Of a DNA stretch of 64,000 nucleotides, positions 19,075 to 29,168 are shown in pieces. A program made the position numbers and the translations under genes. Under the pieces are notes generated by a model. It was given only the letters and a program-made list of their open reading frames with translations. It did no database searches and was not told the DNA's origin. Positions within the stretch are counted from its first letter, which is position 1, and every line of letters begins with the position of its first letter. The stretch is taken from contig JBHIDX010000002.1 in NCBI GenBank assembly GCA_046760305.1, positions 6,750-70,749 of the forward strand. Reading direction: 5' to 3'. The DNA is from Candidatus Aminicenantales bacterium (GTDB lineage: Bacteria; Acidobacteriota; Aminicenantia; Aminicenantales; Aminicenantaceae).

Positions 19075-21384
19075 GTGAAGAAAAAGAAAAACAGAAAAAA
19101 AATCTCTTCCCTGCCTAAAAAGAGGAAAAAAAGGAGATTCAGTTCGAATGAAGCTGTGGCTGTAATCCTCTTTTTCCTGGCAGTATTCTTTTTTATCAGC
19201 CTCATAAGCTACAACGCCAACGACCCATCCTGGGCCAACGTTTCCTCCTCGGTGGAGAAAATAAATAACTATGCGGGCAGAGTCGGTGCATCTCTCTCCG
19301 AGGGTCTCATCCAATTTACCGGGCTTGCCTCCTATCTCATCCCTCTTGCTCTCTTTTTTCTCGGGACGCTGAGCCTTTTCCCGGAGAGAGAAAAGAATTA
19401 TCTGCTTAAGATCGGAAGCTTTCTTTTCCTCCTCTTTATTCTCAGTTCCCTTCTCTCCATTCTTTCAGGCACCATCCTCTGGAGAGGAAGCGAAATTGCA
19501 GCAGGTGGATTTATCGGAAAACTCCTCTCTTCCTTCCTGATTAGTAACTTCAACCATGCGGGATCACTCGTTATCCTTTTTTCTCTTTCCGTTCTCCTGC
19601 TTATCATATCAACTGGAATATCCCTCCGTAACATTTTCACTTTTACAGCCAGGATTTTTGGGTTCACGGTGAAAGAAATAAGAATCAAGATTATCCATTA
19701 CCGCAGAGCCAGAAGGAAAGAAAAAGAGAGGACAAAAGTCATAAAAAAATACATGCCTCAACCAGAAAAAAAAGTAGAATTAAAAAAGAAAGAAAAGGAG
19801 ATAGAGAAGAAAAAAGCTCTCGGGCTGAAGAAAAGGCTGAAAAAATCCAGACCTCAGGCGGTTGAGAAGCCGGTCGAAGTTCAACCCCCCCTTTTTAAAG
19901 AAATAGAGAAAGGAGGCTACACATTTCCACCCCTAAGCCTCCTCGACGCGGGGAAAGAAACGGAAAAAATAGACAAGGAAGAGCTCTTCGAAAAAAAACA
20001 GCTTATAGAGGACAAACTCAGAGAGTTCCGGGTAGAGGGAGAAGTCAAAGAGTACCATCCTGGGCCTATCATTACCACCTATGAATATTACCCTGACCCG
20101 GGTATAAAAATCAGTCAGGTTGCCAGTCTATCAGAAGACCTTGGCCTCGCGCTGGGAGCAGAGTCTGTTATTGTCGAGAGGATGCCGGGAAAGCCATCGC
20201 TCGGCATCGAAATACCCAACAACAGGAGGGAAATTATCCGTCTGAGGGACATTCTCGAATCAGAAAAATTTCAAAAATCGCCCTCGATACTTACCCTTGC
20301 GCTGGGAAAAACAGTCCACGGAGAAGCCTACACCTCAGACCTGTCGATAATGCCCCATCTCCTCATCGCCGGAGCAACAGGAACGGGAAAGAGCGTTGCC
20401 CTCCACTGCCTGATAGCGAGCATTCTTCACAAGGCCAGCCCTGAAGAGGTAAAGATTATCCTTATCGACCCCAAGAGGCTTGAGTTTAACATGTATGACG
20501 ATATTCCCCATCTCATGAGCCCGGTCATCAGAGACCCGAAAAAGGCGGGTTCTGTGCTCATGGATGCCATCAACAAGATGGAGGAGAGATACCATAAAAT
20601 CGCCTCACTCAGAGCGCGAGATATTCAGCAGTACAACCAGAGAGCATTTCAAATCCAGAACGACAGGAAGAGCAAGCTCAGCCCTGAAGAAAAAAAGGAG
20701 TTCAAGCCTCTCCCCTATATCGTTATTATTATCGACGAGCTGGCCGAGCTGATAATGGTTGGGAAACAGGATGTAGAACAGTGTATTGCCCGTCTGGCAC
20801 AACTGGCAAGAGCAGTGGGCATTCACCTGGTGATGGCCACTCAGCGACCTTCGATCGATGTCATTACAGGAACGATTAAGAATAATTTCCCCAGCCGAAT
20901 CGCATTCAAGGTTCCGACCAAGGTGGACTCGAGAATCATAATCGACGGTCCTGGAGCGGAGAAGCTGCTCGGCCTGGGAGACATGCTTTTCATGCCTCCC
21001 AATTATCCCCGTCTCATCCGTCTTCACTCTGCCTTCATCTCTGTTCCTGAGATAACGCGGCTGGTAAAGTTCGTAAAAGTCCAGGGAAGTCCTTCCTACG
21101 ATGAAAAAATCGTGAGAACGATAAAAAGAGGGGGAGAGGGAGCTATCAAAGAAGAGGGGGAAAAAGACGAGCTTTTCGAAAAAGCTGTTGAGCTTGTGCT
21201 CCTTACAGGACAGGCCTCGGCTTCTTATCTCCAGCGCAAACTCAAACTCGGTTACGCCCGGGCGGCGAGGATAATCGACCAGATGGAACAGGAGGGAATT
21301 GTCGGCCCCTCCGAGGGAAGCAAACCAAGGGAAATCCTGGTGGATGTTAAAAATTATCTCAGACGAATGGATGAGGGACAGTAG
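19075..21384 (+). CDS. ftsK: DNA translocase FtsK/SpoIIIE
   Basis: N-terminal transmembrane segments, a basic/Lys-rich linker, Walker A GATGTGKSV, and the winged-helix gamma-domain region GQASASYLQRKLKLGYARAARIIDQME at the C-terminus. It has a GTG start. Confidence 0.9.
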   Translation: MKKKKNRKKISSLPKKRKKRRFSSNEAVAVILFFLAVFFFISLISYNANDPSWANVSSSVEKINNYAGRVGASLSEGLIQFTGLASYLIPLALFFLGTLSLFPEREKNYLLKIGSFLFLLFILSSLLSILSGTILWRGSEIAAGGFIGKLLSSFLISNFNHAGSLVILFSLSVLLLIISTGISLRNIFTFTARIFGFTVKEIRIKIIHYRRARRKEKERTKVIKKYMPQPEKKVELKKKEKEIEKKKALGLKKRLKKSRPQAVEKPVEVQPPLFKEIEKGGYTFPPLSLLDAGKETEKIDKEELFEKKQLIEDKLREFRVEGEVKEYHPGPIITTYEYYPDPGIKISQVASLSEDLGLALGAESVIVERMPGKPSLGIEIPNNRREIIRLRDILESEKFQKSPSILTLALGKTVHGEAYTSDLSIMPHLLIAGATGTGKSVALHCLIASILHKASPEEVKIILIDPKRLEFNMYDDIPHLMSPVIRDPKKAGSVLMDAINKMEERYHKIASLRARDIQQYNQRAFQIQNDRKSKLSPEEKKEFKPLPYIVIIIDELAELIMVGKQDVEQCIARLAQLARAVGIHLVMATQRPSIDVITGTIKNNFPSRIAFKVPTKVDSRIIIDGPGAEKLLGLGDMLFMPPNYPRLIRLHSAFISVPEITRLVKFVKVQGSPSYDEKIVRTIKRGGEGAIKEEGEKDELFEKAVELVLLTGQASASYLQRKLKLGYARAARIIDQMEQEGIVGPSEGSKPREILVDVKNYLRRMDEGQ

Positions 21385-23502
21385 TTGGTCTTGAGCAGGA
21401 AAAAGAAAAAAATAAAAGAGGCCTTAAAGAACAAAAATCTGGAACAAGCACTCAGGCACGCTGCTTTAAATCATTACCAGCATTACAAACAAGCTATCCA
21501 TGACATCCCCTGGGAAGAGTACAAGAAAAAAGCAAGAGCAATCAAGGAAGAGTGTACAGCTAGGCTGCCCGAGCTAATCCTCAAATTCAGTCAAGAAGCA
21601 AAAAAAGCAGGAGCTAAAGTTTATCTCGCCTCAACCGCTGAGAGTGCTCTGAACCTGATTGAGAAAATTCTTGGAGAAAAAAAAGCAAAATTCATCGTCA
21701 AGTCTAAGTCGATGGTGAGTGAAGAGATAAGGCTCAATGATTTTCTTGAAAAAAAGGGCTACCAGGTGGTGGAGACAGACCTGGGAGAGTGGATTGTCCA
21801 GCTTGCAGGAGAAAGGCCTTCGCACATAACCGGTCCTGCCCTTCATAAAACAAAAGAAGAAATCGCTGAACTCCTGAGCCGCAAGCTGAAGAGCAACATT
21901 GCTCCCCAAGCAAAAGAGATTGTCAGAGCTGCCAGGGAAAAAATGCGTGAATACTTTTTTAAAGCAGAGGCGGGAATTTCAGGCGCTAACCTGGCTGTGG
22001 CTGAATCCGGGACGCTGATGATTATCAGCAATGAGGGCAATGCCAGGTTAACCACCACCCTGCCTCCGCTTCACATTGCCCTCATCACGACTGAGAAATT
22101 CGTCGAGACGCTCGAGCAGGCGGCAGTCATAGCCAAGACACTGGTTACCGCTTCCTCTGGCCACAAGCTAACTGCTTATGTCTCCTTTATCACCGGCCCT
22201 AGTCGGACCACTGACGTGGAAAAGGAGCTGGTTATAGGAGTCCACGGTCCTGAAGAACTGCATGTCATCATTCTCGACAACGGCAGACTGAAGCTCGCCC
22301 AAGACGAGAAACTCAAGGAAATACTCTACTGCCTGAAATGCGGGGGATGCATGCTTGTCTGTCCTGTGTTCCAGGCAGTGGGTGGCCATGTTTTCGGCGG
22401 GCCGGTCTATCCAGGAGGAATTGGCCTCCTGATGACAACCATGACAGAAGCGCTTAAAAAGGTAGCACCGCTTTTCGATTTCTGCGCTGACTGCAAGAAA
22501 TGCGAAGTTTTCTGCCCTGTAGGCATTCCAACCGCTGAGCTTATTCTCAGTCTGAAGAGCAGAAAAGGTCCGGATGCAAAAGAGGTGGGAATTTCAAGGC
22601 TCTTCACAAGAAAAGAAATTTCTGAAATGGCGGTCAAAATTATGCACAGAGTGCAGAAGTACTGGGAAAAAGAGGGATACCTAAAGAATATTCCTTTAAA
22701 GTGGGCAAAAGATAAGTCTTTACCTGCTTTACGCCTGGGGGAGAGAAGCCTGAATAGAGAAAAAAAAGGGAAAGTGAAAGATAGGGGAAAAATATATCTT
22801 TTTCAGGGATGCCTAACAAAATTCTTCTTTCCTGAGATCCGTGAGAGTGTGGTCAAGACTCTCACCCTTCACGGTTATGATGTTGTCTGTCCTCAAGACC
22901 AGGCTTGCTGTGGAGCTCCAAGCCTTCATCTGGGCGACATGAAAGGAGTCCGGAACCTGGCACTGGAAAACCTTGCCTCTTTCGAGAGTGAAAACCCGGA
23001 CATCATCATCACCGTCTGTCCGACTGGAAAAGAGATGTTAAAAATAAAATACCCTGAAATAGAGAGAAAACACGAGAGATGGAAAGATAAAATATTTGAC
23101 TTCACAGAATTCATGCTCGTCAAAGGGCTTTTATCCGGGCAGAAAAAGAAAAGAGGCGAAATCTTCTATCATTATCCCTGTCACTACAATGAGCTTAAGA
23201 TAATAGAAGGACCAAAAAAGCTAATTGAATCTCTCGGCTATTCGGTAAAAGAAGAGGAAGAGCCGCAGACCTGCTGTGGATTCTGCGGCATATTTTCTTT
23301 CAAGAATCCTGAAATTTCCTTGCGGATCTGGGAAAGAAAAAAAGAGAGTATCCTCAGGAGCAAAGCCAGCTTCATCTCCACCGATTGTCCTGGCTGCCTT
23401 TTCCAGTTGAGGGCTCATCTAAGAAAGGAAGACCATCCTTACAGAATCGTTCACACGGCCGAGCTCTGCTCGGATGCCATGAACACATCCCCAGAGCCTT
23501 GA
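21385..23502 (+). CDS. Fused LutB-like (LUD domain plus two 4Fe-4S motifs) and LutA-like (two cysteine-rich CCG modules) iron-sulfur oxidoreductase
   Basis: Ferredoxin-type motifs CLKCGGCMLVCP and CADCKKCEVFCP sit downstream of a LUD-type domain. The C-terminal half contains two CCG-like modules (CCGAPS; CCGFCG) as in LutA/GlpC/HdrD. It has a TTG start directly after the ftsK stop. Confidence 0.65.
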   Translation: MVLSRKKKKIKEALKNKNLEQALRHAALNHYQHYKQAIHDIPWEEYKKKARAIKEECTARLPELILKFSQEAKKAGAKVYLASTAESALNLIEKILGEKKAKFIVKSKSMVSEEIRLNDFLEKKGYQVVETDLGEWIVQLAGERPSHITGPALHKTKEEIAELLSRKLKSNIAPQAKEIVRAAREKMREYFFKAEAGISGANLAVAESGTLMIISNEGNARLTTTLPPLHIALITTEKFVETLEQAAVIAKTLVTASSGHKLTAYVSFITGPSRTTDVEKELVIGVHGPEELHVIILDNGRLKLAQDEKLKEILYCLKCGGCMLVCPVFQAVGGHVFGGPVYPGGIGLLMTTMTEALKKVAPLFDFCADCKKCEVFCPVGIPTAELILSLKSRKGPDAKEVGISRLFTRKEISEMAVKIMHRVQKYWEKEGYLKNIPLKWAKDKSLPALRLGERSLNREKKGKVKDRGKIYLFQGCLTKFFFPEIRESVVKTLTLHGYDVVCPQDQACCGAPSLHLGDMKGVRNLALENLASFESENPDIIITVCPTGKEMLKIKYPEIERKHERWKDKIFDFTEFMLVKGLLSGQKKKRGEIFYHYPCHYNELKIIEGPKKLIESLGYSVKEEEEPQTCCGFCGIFSFKNPEISLRIWERKKESILRSKASFISTDCPGCLFQLRAHLRKEDHPYRIVHTAELCSDAMNTSPEP

Positions 23503-23503
23503 G

Positions 23504-24598
23504 ATGGGTGAGTGTCTTCACTGCATGAGAAAAAGCCCCACCATATCATCCTTCCTTGGAGTCTGTGCAGATTGTGTCCGCCTTCACTATAAAAAGGTAA
23601 AACCTCGGGTGGAGGAAGCCCACAGGCAGGTTAAAGAAAGGTTTGGCCTCCCTGCCAGACCTCCCAGAGTAGAAAATGGACTTCAGTGTAAAATATGCAC
23701 CAACCTGTGCCGCATTCCTGAGGGAGGAAGGGGCTACTGCGGGGTGAGGTTCAACAGTCAGGGAAAACTCTGCGGAGGAAGAATAAGGGAAGGCCTTTTT
23801 CACAGTTATTTTGATCCCCTCCCCACTAACTGTGTTGCTGATTGGGTCTGTGCCGCAGGAACAGAGAGCGGTTATCCACAGTTTTCTTATTCTCCTGGTG
23901 TGGAACATGGATACAAAAATCTGGCTGTTTTCTTTACTTCCTGCACCTTCAACTGTCTCTTCTGCCAGAACTGGCATTACAGGGAGGAATCTCTTGAAAG
24001 AGGGAATTCTGGTCCTGAAGCCCTGGCCGAGAAAGTGGATGAAAGAACAGCCTGCATCTGTTATTTTGGTGGAGATCCCACTCCTCAGCTACCCTATGCT
24101 TTAAAAGCATCCAGCCTGGCTATAGAAAGAAAAAAGGGGAATATCCTCCGCATATGCTGGGAGACAAACGGGAGCATGAACCCTCGACTTTTAAAAAAAA
24201 TGGCAGACATTTCGCTCCAAAGCGGAGGGTGTATTAAATTTGACCTTAAGGCCTGGAACGATAACCTTCACCGTGCGCTGTGCGGAATTTCCAACAAGAG
24301 AACTCTCCACAATTTCAAGATATTAGCCTGGTATCTCAAGCAAAGGCCTGACCCTCCTTTCCTCGTTGCCTCCACGCTTCTTGTTCCCGGATATGTAGAC
24401 GAGCAGGAAGTGAAGGACATCGCCGGATTTATTGCTTCTCTAGATCCTGATATACCTTACAGTCTTCTGGCTTTCTATCCTCACTTCTACCTTAAAGACC
24501 TTCCCTTCACCTCAAGAGAGCATGCCCAGCGCTGTCTGGAAGCAGCCCGGAAGCAGGGGCTTAAACGGGTAAGGATAGGTAATATCCACCTGCTTTAA
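23504..24598 (+). CDS. Radical SAM enzyme of the PflA-like activase family (AmmeMemoRadiSam-type) with an extra N-terminal Zn-ribbon
   Basis: Core motif CTFNCLFCQNW (CxxxCxxC-QN). The upstream CKICTNLCRIPEGGRGYCGVRFNSQGKL resembles the conserved N-terminal element of AMMECR1/MEMO1-associated radical SAM proteins. There is an extra N-terminal CLHC...CADC. Its ATG is 1 nt after the TGA of the upstream gene. Confidence 0.65.
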   Translation: MGECLHCMRKSPTISSFLGVCADCVRLHYKKVKPRVEEAHRQVKERFGLPARPPRVENGLQCKICTNLCRIPEGGRGYCGVRFNSQGKLCGGRIREGLFHSYFDPLPTNCVADWVCAAGTESGYPQFSYSPGVEHGYKNLAVFFTSCTFNCLFCQNWHYREESLERGNSGPEALAEKVDERTACICYFGGDPTPQLPYALKASSLAIERKKGNILRICWETNGSMNPRLLKKMADISLQSGGCIKFDLKAWNDNLHRALCGISNKRTLHNFKILAWYLKQRPDPPFLVASTLLVPGYVDEQEVKDIAGFIASLDPDIPYSLLAFYPHFYLKDLPFTSREHAQRCLEAARKQGLKRVRIGNIHLL

Positions 24599-24602
24599 AA
24601 GT

Positions 24603-25265
24603 TTATCTCGCCCTCTTTTCCTGGATCATTTTCAGATTGTGGGCAACAACGATTGATAAACCAACATTGGCTACTGCGGTTACCACCCAGGCAAGTTCCC
24701 TGTTCTGGCGGTAAAGTTTCTTTAAATAATTGTGCTGCCAGATAGCATAGCCCAGTTTTAGGGCAGCAAAAACTACCGAATTTTTCACAACAGGCCTGAG
24801 GACTGGATTTGCCTCCTTTAATCCGCTGTATTTTAGAGCTTCAGTTGTGGAAAAATAATCCGCAGCGTGCAAGCCTATGAGTGAGACTAAAGAAGCATTG
24901 AACAAAGATTTTTTTATTTTTTCTGCCCTTACGTATCTGATTATCATCCGGGAAACATCTTCCGGGAGCTGTTCTTTTCTCAGCCTTAAATTCAATGAAT
25001 CTACGTCTGGAAACCGTTCTTTGGTACCCCTTTCGTCTAATTTAAAATCGTCTTCCGAGTTCTTCTTTTCTAATGCCACCTGCTGGTGATGATGAAAAGA
25101 GGGTTTTTCTTCCTTCACATATTTCTCAGAAAGAGTAAATTTCTCATTTGCATTGAATCTATCACTTTCCCCGTAAAGAGGGAGAATCATAAAGGCTGTA
25201 AACGACAGTAGGGCTAGAGTTAGAGCCAAATTTCTTTTTGAAAAGCTCTTTTTCATTCCTTTCAT
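24603..25265 (-). CDS. Hypothetical secreted/membrane protein (signal peptide, charged middle region, C-terminal hydrophobic helices)
   Basis: The start was re-called to MKGMKKSF at 25265, where AGGAGG lies 8 nt upstream. The C-terminal VVTAVANVGLSIVVAHNL looks like a transmembrane helix. I find no family assignable from memory. Confidence 0.4.
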   Translation of the reverse strand: MKGMKKSFSKRNLALTLALLSFTAFMILPLYGESDRFNANEKFTLSEKYVKEEKPSFHHHQQVALEKKNSEDDFKLDERGTKERFPDVDSLNLRLRKEQLPEDVSRMIIRYVRAEKIKKSLFNASLVSLIGLHAADYFSTTEALKYSGLKEANPVLRPVVKNSVVFAALKLGYAIWQHNYLKKLYRQNRELAWVVTAVANVGLSIVVAHNLKMIQEKRAR

Positions 25266-25530
25266 CTTCACATCCTCCTTTTTGGCACTCATTTCCACTT
25301 TTCCACACCTCAGTAAAAGCAAGGAGGATGCCAGATGGAAGGAAAAAGCATATTTTATTTATTTTTAATAATTTAGCTAACATTATAGGGCTTTTCACAA
25401 ATCATAAAAATTGTTTGAAATCCAGACAGAAAATAGGGATTACGGCAGCTCAGCTAGATTTCTGGGAAAAAATTACTTCTTCAGCATGTACGGAAATCGG
25501 TCACAAGGATAATTTGAGTGGAGGAAAATT

Positions 25531-26946
25531 CTAGTTCTGGCTTCTCACTATGTCAATCTCATATTTTTTTAGTTTTTCATAAAGGGTAGAGCGGGCTATG
25601 TTCAGGATTTTTGCTGTCCTGCTCATGTTTTTTTGAGTTTTCTTCAAAAGAAAGTTAATGTATCTTTTCTCAAGCTCCTCCAGGGTATAGAGTTTGCCGG
25701 AGTCGAAAAAGAATAAATTTTCCCCAACAGCCATGTATTGCTGTAAATACTTTGGAAGGTCTGTAACATCTATAAAGTCTCTCCTGCAGAGCATGGATGA
25801 GCTCTCGAGCACATTTTCCAGTTCTCTCACATTCCCCGGCCAGTCATAAGCAAGAAAAGCTTTATGAACCCTGCGGGAGACACCCCTTATCTTCTTCCTG
25901 AATTTTCTGTTGTATCTCTCAAGAAAGTAGCGCACGAGTAAAGGGATGTCCTCTTTCCTGCTTCGCAACGGAATGAGATGAATCTCAACCTTATTCAACC
26001 TGTGATAGAGGTCCTCACGAAAAGAGCCCTTTTTAACCTCTTCCTTCAAATTCTTGCTTGTCGCTGCCATAATTCTTACATCAACGCTTCTTTCTGCACT
26101 GCCTCCCAGTGGCCTGAAGTGACGGGACTCTACTACCCTGAGCAGCTTTGCCTGGAGGGAAAAAGGAAGCTCTCCGATTTCATCGAGAAAAATAATTCCC
26201 TCATGCGCTTCATCAAAAAGACCTCTTTTATCCCTTTCTGCACCTGTAAACGCTCCCCGCACATATCCGAAAAGTTCAGACTCGACTAGGTTTTCAGGAA
26301 GAGAAGCACAATCACAAACCACATACTTCCTGTTCTTAACCCCGCTTAAACTGTGGATGGCTCTGGCAACCATTTCCTTTCCCGTGCCTGTTTCCCCTGT
26401 TATCAAAACCGTGGTGAAATAAGGAGCAATATTTTCTATGAGCGAAAAAACCTCGAGCATAAAGGGACTTCTGCTCACCATGCCCTGAAATATGTATTTC
26501 CTATCGAGTTTCTTCTCCAGAAGATAGGTGTCTCTCATCAGCTTCCTCTTCTGCTCAAGTCTCTCCAGAACCCGGCGCCCTGAGAAAGAATGGAATGGCT
26601 TTGTTAGATAATCGGTCGCTCCCTGATTTATCCAGAACATGACCAGTTCTGAATTAACGGGCGGACCGAGAATGATAACATCGATCAATGCATCGAATGT
26701 TTTTATCACTTTGAGCAGTTTCAGCACCCACTCCTCGTCATCTTCAAGCTCTAAGAGAACAACCCTGATTTGATTTTTCCTTAAAATGTCAAGAATATTC
26801 TCTTGTTTTCCGCAGCGGTGAAGATAGAAGGAGCTCTCAATTTCCGGCATTCTGAAAAAAGCATCTCCGTCCCTGTTCTCACTGATGAGCAACAAGCCGT
26901 CCTTTTGTTCTCTGTCCTGCATGAGACCTGCTTTATACGAGCTCAT
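25531..26946 (-). CDS. Sigma-54-dependent transcriptional activator (NtrC-family response regulator: receiver, AAA+ and Fis-type HTH domains)
   Basis: Walker A GETGTGKE, the GAFTGA motif within RGAFTGA, YDWPGNVRELENV, and the C-terminal HTH RTAKILNIARSTLYEKLKK. An N-terminal receiver domain with DYLTKPF is present. Confidence 0.85.
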   Translation of the reverse strand: MSSYKAGLMQDREQKDGLLLISENRDGDAFFRMPEIESSFYLHRCGKQENILDILRKNQIRVVLLELEDDEEWVLKLLKVIKTFDALIDVIILGPPVNSELVMFWINQGATDYLTKPFHSFSGRRVLERLEQKRKLMRDTYLLEKKLDRKYIFQGMVSRSPFMLEVFSLIENIAPYFTTVLITGETGTGKEMVARAIHSLSGVKNRKYVVCDCASLPENLVESELFGYVRGAFTGAERDKRGLFDEAHEGIIFLDEIGELPFSLQAKLLRVVESRHFRPLGGSAERSVDVRIMAATSKNLKEEVKKGSFREDLYHRLNKVEIHLIPLRSRKEDIPLLVRYFLERYNRKFRKKIRGVSRRVHKAFLAYDWPGNVRELENVLESSSMLCRRDFIDVTDLPKYLQQYMAVGENLFFFDSGKLYTLEELEKRYINFLLKKTQKNMSRTAKILNIARSTLYEKLKKYEIDIVRSQN

Positions 26947-29099
26947 TTCACCCCTTCAAGCCGGAATCCCTTCTCTTTGAATAGTTTCAAGCAGGCGTCA
27001 ACCACAGCAGAATCATAAAGGGTACTCCTGTGGCGTGTGATTTCTCTAAATGCCGCTTCTAGGCCAAGAGCGGGGCGGTAAGGCCTGTGTGAATACATGG
27101 CTTCCACCACATCAGCCACAGCCAGAATCCTTGCCTCTAAAAGGATATCCTCTCCGGTTAAACCAGTAGGATACCCTGAACCGTTCAGCCGCTCATGGTG
27201 CTGAAGCACAATTTTGGCCACAGGCCAGGGAAATTCAATCCCCCTCAAGATATCATAGCCCACCTTGGGGTGTGTCCTGATGAGAGCTATTTCCACTTCA
27301 TTCAGGAGAGAAGCCTTGCTCAGAATCTCTGCTGGTATGTAAATCTTTCCCACGTCGTGAACAAGCCCGGCCATCCTTATTCCCCTTATTCTTTCCTCTG
27401 GAAGACCCATCTCCCGGGCAATGACACCAGCAAGCCTGGCTACCCTTTCCTGATGGCCGGCAGTTGAGGGGTCTCTCTTTTCCACGGCCGAAGCAAGAGC
27501 ATGGACTGTGCCCTCGAGTGCTCTTAAAAGTTTTTTGTTGCTCAACTGGATTTCTCTCTCAGCTCTTTTGCGCTCGGTGATATCTCTGGTAATGGCAATA
27601 AAACCGACAGGCTTTCCAGAGCCATTGGTGATTAAGGAGACGCTCAATTCCCCGGCAAAGGCTTTGCCATCCTTTCTAAGGAAGGTGTATTCCGAGTTTC
27701 TCACCGCCTTCCCCCTGAGGACCTTCTCCAGGTTAGTCTGTGCTTTTTCATGGTCCCTGGGATGGATGAGTTCAAAAGAACTCCTTCCCATAAGCTCTCT
27801 TGAGCTTCTGTAGCCATGCATTTTAACCGTCAGAGGAGAAGCGTAGGTTATTCTTCCCTCAAGGTCGGTTGTGGTCACAGCATCGGGTGAAGTTTCTGCG
27901 ATTAGCTTATACTTTTCCTCAGACTCTCTCAGCGCTTCTTCTGCCTTTTTTTGTTCAGTTACATCTCTCACTGCTCCAATAGCAGCGTACTCACCTCTGT
28001 AAGAAATTGCTTTTACCGCAAATTCACAATACCTGGACTCGCCTTTTCTGGTCACAACTCTGGCCACATACCTGGAAGGGACTTCTTTTCCCTCTGCTCT
28101 GTCTCTTCCTATTTTCTTCACCCTCTCCCTGTCATCAGGATGAATCAGGTTCCAGACGTTCATCTGATACAGCTCATCTTTTGTGTATCCTGTTATTCTG
28201 GCCACAGTATCGTTGACGAAAAGGAATCTGTTTCCTCTATAGATGTAGATAGCATCGTGGCTCTGTTCAACAATAGCCCGGTATTTCTCCTCGCTTTCCT
28301 TCAGTGCTTCCTCTGCCTTTTTCCTCTCAGTGATATCCCAGATGTAGGAACGAGTGCCGACAATTTTTTCCCCTTCCTTCAAGGCTCCAGCATCAACCTC
28401 AAGATAAATTATCGAGCCGTCTTTCCTCACCCCTCTGAATTCATACTTTGACTCGTGTATCTTTCCCTTCATCCTTTCCTTGTGGAAGCGCATCACCCGC
28501 TCCACATCATCAGGATGAACGAGGGTGCGGATTGATTGATGCCTTATCTCCTCCACCGTATAACCGAATAGTTCAGCAAACCTTTCATTCCCGTAGACAA
28601 TGTTTCCCTTTCTGTCATCGATCAGAATCGCCACTCCTGCCTTTTCCACCAGGTCTTTGTACTTTTCCTCCGATTCAATAAGCGAGGCTTCTGTTTTTTT
28701 ACCCTCAGTGATGTCCTCCATGGCAAGGAGAATCATCTCTTCCTTGCCGCTATCTCCCTTAATCCTCCGGGCGTTGATAAGTATTGTTCTCTCGCCGATG
28801 CGGGGAAAATCGTGATTTAATTCAAAGTTATCGAATGAGCTGTCTCCATGCATAATTTTCTCCAGACGAAGGCGTAACTGAGGAATATTCCACCTGCCGC
28901 TGCCCAGCTCGTGGATGTACTTTCCCTGTGTCTCCTCTGGTTTTACCCTGAAAGTTGTGTAGAAGGTGCGGTTGGCCGAGACCACTCTCAGCTTCCCATC
29001 AAGGATGACTAAGGGCTCTCTCAATGTCTCGAAAATTAAATCGATGAATCCTTCCCTCTCTTTTGATTCTCTCTTCCCTCCCTTTTCCAGGCTTTTCAT
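26943..29099 (-). CDS. Multi-PAS (about four PAS/PAC repeats) sensor with a C-terminal HD-GYP phosphohydrolase domain (c-di-GMP phosphodiesterase family)
   Basis: Repeated PAS-like blocks ending ...DITERK. The HD motif is LVHDVGKIYIP and the HD-GYP signature is HHERLNGSGYPTGL. Confidence 0.8.
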   Translation of the reverse strand: MKSLEKGGKRESKEREGFIDLIFETLREPLVILDGKLRVVSANRTFYTTFRVKPEETQGKYIHELGSGRWNIPQLRLRLEKIMHGDSSFDNFELNHDFPRIGERTILINARRIKGDSGKEEMILLAMEDITEGKKTEASLIESEEKYKDLVEKAGVAILIDDRKGNIVYGNERFAELFGYTVEEIRHQSIRTLVHPDDVERVMRFHKERMKGKIHESKYEFRGVRKDGSIIYLEVDAGALKEGEKIVGTRSYIWDITERKKAEEALKESEEKYRAIVEQSHDAIYIYRGNRFLFVNDTVARITGYTKDELYQMNVWNLIHPDDRERVKKIGRDRAEGKEVPSRYVARVVTRKGESRYCEFAVKAISYRGEYAAIGAVRDVTEQKKAEEALRESEEKYKLIAETSPDAVTTTDLEGRITYASPLTVKMHGYRSSRELMGRSSFELIHPRDHEKAQTNLEKVLRGKAVRNSEYTFLRKDGKAFAGELSVSLITNGSGKPVGFIAITRDITERKRAEREIQLSNKKLLRALEGTVHALASAVEKRDPSTAGHQERVARLAGVIAREMGLPEERIRGIRMAGLVHDVGKIYIPAEILSKASLLNEVEIALIRTHPKVGYDILRGIEFPWPVAKIVLQHHERLNGSGYPTGLTGEDILLEARILAVADVVEAMYSHRPYRPALGLEAAFREITRHRSTLYDSAVVDACLKLFKEKGFRLEGVK

Positions 29100-29168
29100 C
29101 TTACCACCTCCGCCCAGACAGAGGATGGCGCAGACTTTCCCTCCCTCTCATCGATTGCCTTTCATTAC

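Noticed and set aside
16226-19860. A/G-rich, lysine-codon-rich tracts (about 16226-16400, 19075-19160, 19690-19860) as possible repeats or CRISPR-like arrays
   Set aside because: They are in-frame low-complexity Lys/Glu-coding segments of the receiver protein and the FtsK linker. They show no spacer-repeat periodicity.
25281-25305. TGGCAC-N5 motif (TTTGGCACTCATTTCCAC) as a possible sigma-54 promoter near the EBP gene; also TGGCACAACTGGCAAG at about 20790
   Set aside because: The -12 element does not match TTGC(A/T). The first lies on the wrong strand inside a coding region, and the second is inside ftsK. I could not find a convincing sigma-54 promoter by eye. A genome-wide PWM scan is needed.
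25531-26946. Sigma-54 activator with a degenerate (non-phosphorylatable) receiver domain
   Set aside because: On closer reading, the receiver has a plausible phospho-acceptor Asp within VVLLELEDD and the conserved Lys in DYLTKPF. There is therefore no evidence of degeneracy from sequence alone.
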